Shown here one piece after another: positions 53,507 to 64,000 of a stretch of 64,000 bases of DNA. Both the position numbers and the translations under genes were made by a program. The stretch is taken from NCBI RefSeq assembly GCF_009914755.1, contig NC_060928.1; one strand, written 5' to 3'. The first letter of the stretch is position 1. Each line of letters opens with the position of its first letter. Source of the DNA: the human T2T-CHM13v2.0 reference genome, Homo sapiens. The notes beneath the pieces were generated by a model. That model ran no database searches, was not told the origin of the DNA, and was given only the letters and a program-made list of their open reading frames with translations.

Positions 53507-54339
53507 GAGACAAATAGGACAAAAGTGGATAAAATTTTTATTAACTAATACCCCTTAATTCTGGTACCCATTATTTTAACTTTCAGTAAATTTATATATT
53601 AATCTTTTATCTACTTATCATATAGTAAAATCTAATGATTTTGGTTGAAACCAAGACTTGCTGCTGATATGCCCATGTAGAAAAAAAATGAGCATTAAAA
53701 AAACGTGCTTTTTTGTTTTATAGGAGACTTTTGTATGTTTCCTAGAAAAGAGGACAAAAGTTAAACATAAGGACTGTCCGTTGACTTGAAAGTTAAATCA
53801 TCACATGAAGCCAGAAGATAACTAGGGAGTGATTTTGTTAAATAGGATTAATAATTTTTTTGATTCTACATTATAATTTAAAAGTTAGTGACAGTCTCGA
53901 GTATTTAAATATAGTAGGACTCATTTCAGCTAAAATTTTATATTGCTATAACATGAGCAATGCTACAAGAAGTCAAAAACCCGGTGAATCTTTAAGGACT
54001 CCATTCCTACGTTTCTTTACTATTAATCAAAGACCCTTAAATTTTCAAATGAAGTTGGGACAGTAGAATTTTCTTAAAATATTTAGATATAAAAATAAAA
54101 AAGACAAAAATTTTAAAATACATATATAATTTTATGAATATATCAATAGATTACAAAACCATCCTAGCATTGAACAAAAATAATGCTATAAAATATATTA
54201 AATGGGAATCATAATTTTCCATCAATTCTTTTTTTTCATTTAGTCATCATTTTCAGATTGGCCAACTAGACATAATATACCATCTGACAGTTTTATTTTA
54301 TAAGATTTTTGAAGTTTACCCTTCAAGCTTTTTTTTTTC

Positions 54340-54490
54340 CTGTTGTATCATTTTCCTATTGCTACATAACAAATTACCACGAAGATATAAACTTAAAACA
54401 ACATCTATTTATTAGTTTCAGTTCTGAATGTCAGAGGCCTAGGCACAAGTTAGCTGTTTCCTCCGCTTAAGGTCTCATAGGCTGAGGTAT
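54340..54490 (-). mobile_element. MLT1 LTR fragment
   Basis: TTTCCTATTGCTACATAACAAATTACCAC...CTTAAAACAACA. Confidence 0.7.
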
Positions 54491-54627
54491 TCTCGCTTGA
54501 AGTATAATACTTCTTAACTGTGAATATGTAACTTCAAATAGTTATAGCAAATATTTTATTATGTTTATGTTTATTTAAAATGCAATTCTCTATGTGCTTA
54601 GGTGTATTGTTGCTGATGAATCAGTGA

Positions 54628-58355
<3,728 letters not shown>

Positions 58356-60869
58356 TACTTTGTCGTTTTTATTTTAATCTTTTAAGTATAAGTCAAGTCG
58401 CAGGCAAAACAGTCTAAATAAATGACATTCGTTGGTGATATTTCAAGCAGTAGGATCAAACAGGGAAGAATGGAAAAAATTTGGGTTAGTTCGTGACCAC
58501 ATACCTTTAAATGATTCTGTATGTCACTGTCTTTTACTCCCTTAGTGTTGAGAAGCAATATGAATATCTTCAGTTTTTGTATGGTCAGAGGTTTCTGAGG
58601 AAAAATTACTGGAACCCGGGGTTACATGACAATCCTTGGATGTTAAAGGGTGTTTGAATAGATAGAGAAGTCCAGAATTATACAGAGATTTATTTCTGCC
58701 GTTATGTGTCTACATTCCAAAGGGTTGTAACCAGATACCTTCCCTTATCTTTTTGGAGAGATCCAGAGGAGAGGGTGGTAGCTGTGTTGTGACTCCTACA
58801 TAAGCCCCCAGATCCATAATTTCAGGGTGTTTCTCCTATGGTACAGACTCCACTGGCATGACCACCTGGCTCCTATCACATTGCCATGAAGGAGAAGGTG
58901 TGGCTTCAGAAACCTACAACTTGATTGCTTTAAGTAATCAGAAACCTTGTGCTTGATCTCAGAACCAGGTAAGTGAATGTAGTATTAAAAACATATCTTG
59001 TGTTTTATATGTTAATTGAACATTATTATTATCCACTGAATAATATTATAGACTAAAATCTAAATGGAAAGACAAGTGAACAACAAAATATTTAATACAA
59101 TGTTTTGAAAAATTTCATGAAGAAAATAAGCAAGGTCTGGTAGTAAAAAACTGTACAGTTAGAAATATGCAATTATTTTTCTGTACACTCAAATTTATCT
59201 CTATTATAGCAACTGTAAGTTGTATTATAAATAAACTATTTTGGCTTTCCATGCCTATTTGCTTGTGAACATTTGAGGAAAATGACTAACCCTATTTATT
59301 TTTTTATCTCCAGGAAATGGTATCTGGGGTTTAATAAATACTTCTAGAATTAATAAATTAATAGCTAACCTAAACTTTCACTGTCCCAATTCAAAATTAT
59401 TAATCTAATATCAAGGAAATTCATATTTAATTCTCTTTTTACCTCATCTAAATATATCATCTCATAGAGCTGTTGAAACTTGGAAAAACAAAATATCTCC
59501 CAATTTTACAAGAAATTTTTGATCTATGATAATATGCCATTTATTTCATATTAAACTGAATGTATATTTAATTTCAAAGTTTTCAAATGAAAATACCAGA
59601 AAGTTAATCCCAATATTCAAGTTAGAATAAAGGAGTCTTCAATCAGAAATGGATCCTATCTTTTTTAGAGGCCCCCATGACACAGGTACAGTTAAGATAT
59701 TGTTAATAACTATAAGAACAAATTTTCTTATGAAATAAATATGGACAATATCAAATGAGGAACATTTCCTGTGATGCTGAGAGAATCTTTCACCTTTGAT
59801 CTTCCATTTTCTTCTTAGCTATTTTATGATACATTTTTAACAATAACTATTCTTATTATGCATGTAGAAAATATGGGCTAACCTTCATGTATAATAATTG
59901 AAAAAATAAGTGTTATTGGTTACCACTTAGGTAATGTGATGTGTTAAACCTGTGCCATCCTTTCTCTGTGAGCAATGTCTCCTTTTCTCCATTTTCAGCT
60001 TCATGTACATATTGAAGCCTACTTTTTGTGCAGTTATTTTCTTTCAATTTCATTTTAAGTTCCGTAATCCTGCTGCTATTTAAGGAGTGTCCTCAAGATG
60101 TTGTGGTTTACGCTCTAGTGCCCTATCCTCTTTCAGAAGAACTCCGCTTGGTTTGCTCACGTGTGCACTGCCTTTTAAGTCAGGGCTTCTAGTATGAAGT
60201 ACAAGAGCTATTTGACTACTCAAGTGTAACTCTTGTTTTGTAGTATATCATTTGAAGACATGTCTCTAGGCTTCTGGTTATTTATATAACTTATAGTCTA
60301 CTTCTATCTGTGTGTATGCTGTGTTATTTACTCTGCATTTATTTGTACACAGTAGACTGAAGTAAGCTATTTGCATTCACCGTAATGATGTATTTTTATA
60401 CATTAAAAAAGTATGGCATTACTGATAATGTAATCATTTGAATTTATTCAAGGTTTATTTGCTTTAACATTTCTTCATGTCAAATAAAGGTCCTAGTGAA
60501 ATTATAGATAAACTGGGTAAATCATGGAAAAATGGAAGTTTTAACTTAAAATGTAAGGGCATTTTCATATTTCATAGTATCCCGAAGATCAAGATGAAGA
60601 ATACATTGGATTATATAAATGCAAAATGTTAAAAAGGGAGTGGATAAGCACAAACATATTTTGCTCAAACAATATTTCCTTTTTCATGTTATAAGTAAAT
60701 TGCTCTTGACATTTATATAGCTAAAGTGTATATTCATATATTATTCCCCCCAAACAAAACATGAATGTTTTCGTAAAAATCACATAGTAATTGCATAGGT
60801 ACTATGATTAATGGAACTAATGGATTAAAATATTTTATTAAATACCAATATTATGGCAGTTAAAACTAT

Positions 60870-61030
60870 AAACTTCAACATTGGACTGCCCATGCTTACC
60901 TTCCAATTTAATCATTTATCAACTGTGTCATTTTAGATAAGTTACTTAACCTCTCTAAGGCTCCTGAATATATAATAATACCTCCTACTAAGACAATGGA
61001 AAAATTAAGTTGCTGAATACATTTCATACT
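60870..61030 (+). mobile_element. MIR remnant
   Basis: CTGTGTCATTTTAGATAAGTTACTTAACCTCTCTAAGGCTC core. Confidence 0.6.
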
Positions 61031-61499
61031 TAACATCTAAGATTTGGGGTTCAAATTTATAATATCCTATCTGTGTGGTTTTAAATTACTCTAAGTCTAG
61101 AAATTTACATAAATCTGTCACAGGTCGGTAATGTCCTGAATATCTTGGCAGAGACTAATTTGATGCTTCTCTGGTGGGACTCGTCCAGAAATGCCACATG
61201 TAAAGTCCTATTAAGTATAAACTGTCACTTCAAAAGTAGAAAGTATACAAGAACAAAAGTCCTTTGTTTCAGTGTTACCAGAATCATTCCTAGAATTATC
61301 AGTACCACCTAAATTCACATAATGTAATTTTCTAATATTTATAAGTAGAAAATATTCCTAAAATATTAAAATAGATGAGAAGAGATATAAAACATAAAAA
61401 AGGAAAAGATGCCATCAGCAATGACAGGAAGAAAATGATAAAGAGCAAAGTACAACTTTCCCAAACAAAAAATGTAATCAAGGAACTTAAAAATAGAGA

Positions 61500-61900
61500 T
61501 AAATGTGGTACAGACACACTGTGGAATACTATGCAGCCATTAAAAAGAACAACATCATGTCATTTGCAGAAACATGGATGGAGCTGGAGGCTGTTATCCT
61601 TAGCAAAGTAACACAGGAACAGAAAACCAAATGCTGCATGTTCTCACTTACAAGTAGGAGCTAAATGATGAGAACACATGGACATACAGAGAGGAACAAC
61701 ACATACTGGGTCTACCAGAGGGTGGAGGTTGGGAGGAGGGAGAGGATCAGGAAAAATACTAATGGTACTAGGCTTAATACCAGGGTGAGGAAATAATCTG
61801 TACAACAAACCCCTGTGACATGACTTTACCTAAATAAAAAACTTGCACAGGTGCCCTTGAACTTACAAGTTAAAAAATGAAAAAATAAAAATAAAAATAG
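61500..61900 (+). mobile_element. L1PA15/16-like 3' end
   Basis: GAGAGGATCAGGAAAAATA...GAAATAATCTGTACAACAAACCCC 3'UTR; A-rich tail. Confidence 0.9.
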
Positions 61901-62020
61901 ACTTACAGCTAGATTCAACTAAACAGAAGTGAGAATTACTAAAAGTGAAATAGACCCGAATGCAAAACAGAGGGATAAATGTTTGAAAATATAAACAAGA
62001 TTAAGATTTACTGAGGTTAC

Positions 62021-62813
62021 AAAAGAAAATACACAAATGGCCAACAAACACATGAAAAAATTCTCAACATTACTAATGATCAGGGGATTTCAAACTAAAA
62101 CCGCAATAAGATACCACCTTACTCCTGTAAGAATTGTCACAATTAAAAAATAAAAAAAGATAGATGTTGGCATGGATGTGCTGAAAAAGGAACACTTTTA
62201 CACTGTTGGTTGGGAATGTGAACTGGTATAACTACTATGGAAAACCATATGGCGATTCCTTAAAAAACTAAAAGTAGAACTACCATTCCATCCAGCAAGC
62301 CCACAACTGGGTACCTTACCAAAGGAAAAGAAGTCATTATATGAAAAAGGCACTTGCACACGCATATTTATAGCAGCACAATTCACAATTGCAAAAATAT
62401 GAAACCAGCCTAAATGCCCATCAAACAATGACTGGATAAAGAAAATGTGGTGTATATATACACCATGGAATAATACTCAGCTATAAAAAGAAATGAAATA
62501 ATGGCCTTTGCAGCAACTTGAATAGAGTTGGAGACCATTATTCTGAGTGAAGTAACTCAGGAATGGAAAATCAAATATTGTATGTTCCCACTTGAAAGTG
62601 GGAGCTAAACTATGAGAATGCAAAGGCATAAAAATGATATAATTGACTTTGGGGACTCAGGACAAGGACGGGAGTGGGGTAAGGGATATAAGACTACACA
62701 TTGGTAAAGTGGACACTGCTCAGGTGATGGGTACCTCAAAATCTCAAAAATCATCACTGAAGAACTTTTCCATGTAGCCAAAATCCACGTGTTCCCCAAT
62801 AACTATTGAAATA
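62021..62813 (+). mobile_element. L1PB1-like 3' end
   Basis: ORF2 C-terminal motifs; 3'UTR ending CCCCAATAACTATTGAAATA. Confidence 0.9.
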
Positions 62814-63089
62814 ATTTTAAGAAATCATTGCCCAAACAGCACCCACAAAAAAGGGTTATTGAGGTTACTATGAGAATAAATAAACTTCCAACTAAAGCTG
62901 TAGAGTTAGAGAATAGATAAGAGGCAAACAATAGAAAAACATATATTGGCTGAGAATGTGTCAATAATTGTGAAAGAAAATCTAAATTCTCAGATTCGGG
63001 AATCACAACAAATCTCAAGCCAGTTAAAGATAAAGATACCCATCAGTAGATTTATCAGGCTAAAATTACTGAACCCCAAGGAGAGAGAT

Positions 63090-63461
63090 TGATATGGTTT
63101 GGCTGTGTTCCCAGACAAATCTCATCTTCAATTATAATTCCCATAATCCCCACATGTCATGGGAGGGACCTGGTGGGAGGTAATTGAATCATGGGGTTGG
63201 TTACCCTTATGCTGTTCTCATGATGGTGAGTGTGTCCGCACGAGATCTGATGGTTTTATCAGGGGCTTTTCCCCCTTTGCTCAGCACTTCTCCTTCCTGC
63301 CATCATGTGAAGGACATGTTTTGCCTCCCCTTCTGTCATGATTGTAAGTTTCCTGAGGCCTCCCCAGCCATGTGAAACTGTGAGTCAATTAAACCTTTTT
63401 CCTTTTTAAATTACCCAGTCTTAGGCAGTTCTTTATAGTAGCGTAAGAACAGGCTAATACA
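63090..63461 (+). mobile_element. THE1 (MaLR) solo LTR, THE1C/D-like
   Basis: TGATATGGTTTGGCTG...CTAATACA; TSD GAGAT/GAGAG (4/5). Confidence 0.94.
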
Positions 63462-64000
63462 GAGAGTAAATCTTAAACAGCAGAAAGAAAAGATATTCCC
63501 TACACAGTGAGGATAAAAACAAACAGCATGTTTCTTAAAAAACAACAATGAAAGTTAGAAGGTAGAAAATAGAATTCCGAAAAACAAACAACTTAGGGAT
63601 ATGCACACACACATATATACTTGCAGATATAAAATAACATATACTATATTTATGGAAAAATTTATGGAACAAATTGAGTCATTACAAAAACTTAAAGAAT
63701 ATACATATTACAATGTTAAAATTTTCCATATTAATCTATAAGTTCAATTTGGTGCAATTCCAATTTTTGTGCTGTTGGTGGTAGTTGTATTGTTGGTGGT
63801 GGGGGGTGGTGGTGTTAATGTGTGTGTGTATGTGCATGCAACTAAAGAACATTTCCATTGCACTCCTGAACTAAAAGCAGAAAGTGGGGAAGTTGGCCAA
63901 GAAAAAATCAAGGTTTATTAACAAGATATAATAACATATACTTTCTAGTATTAATGAATGAATAGATAGGTTGTCTAAAAGCTACAGAATACAGAGTTCT

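Overview
AT-rich primate genomic DNA, very probably human or great ape, with no CpG island and no credible protein-coding exon, tRNA, rRNA or CRISPR. It looks like a gene desert or the inside of a large intron. Roughly half is interspersed repeat: Alu (J, S, Y, monomers), L1 of many ages, L2/MIR, MaLR and ERV LTRs (THE1, MST/MLT1, an LTR19-like solo LTR) and DNA transposons (near-full-length Tigger1, MER2, a Tigger2-type MITE, MER58). Every ORF I could recognise is a decayed L1, Tigger1, THE1 or Alu fragment, or low-complexity sequence. I found no new biological system. The best signals are structural: a ~305 bp, ~98% identical inverted repeat flanking 2.3 kb (24000-26932), a 64 bp-arm hairpin (4455-4597), a near-perfect 110 bp tandem duplication (32642-32861), a 5'-inverted and 3'-truncated L1PA with a nested Alu, a young GCG/A-type L1 3' end, a monomer-collapsed Alu and a probable short L1 3' transduction. 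Subfamily names come from recalled consensus sequences, not a RepeatMasker run, and boundaries of old repeats are approximate.
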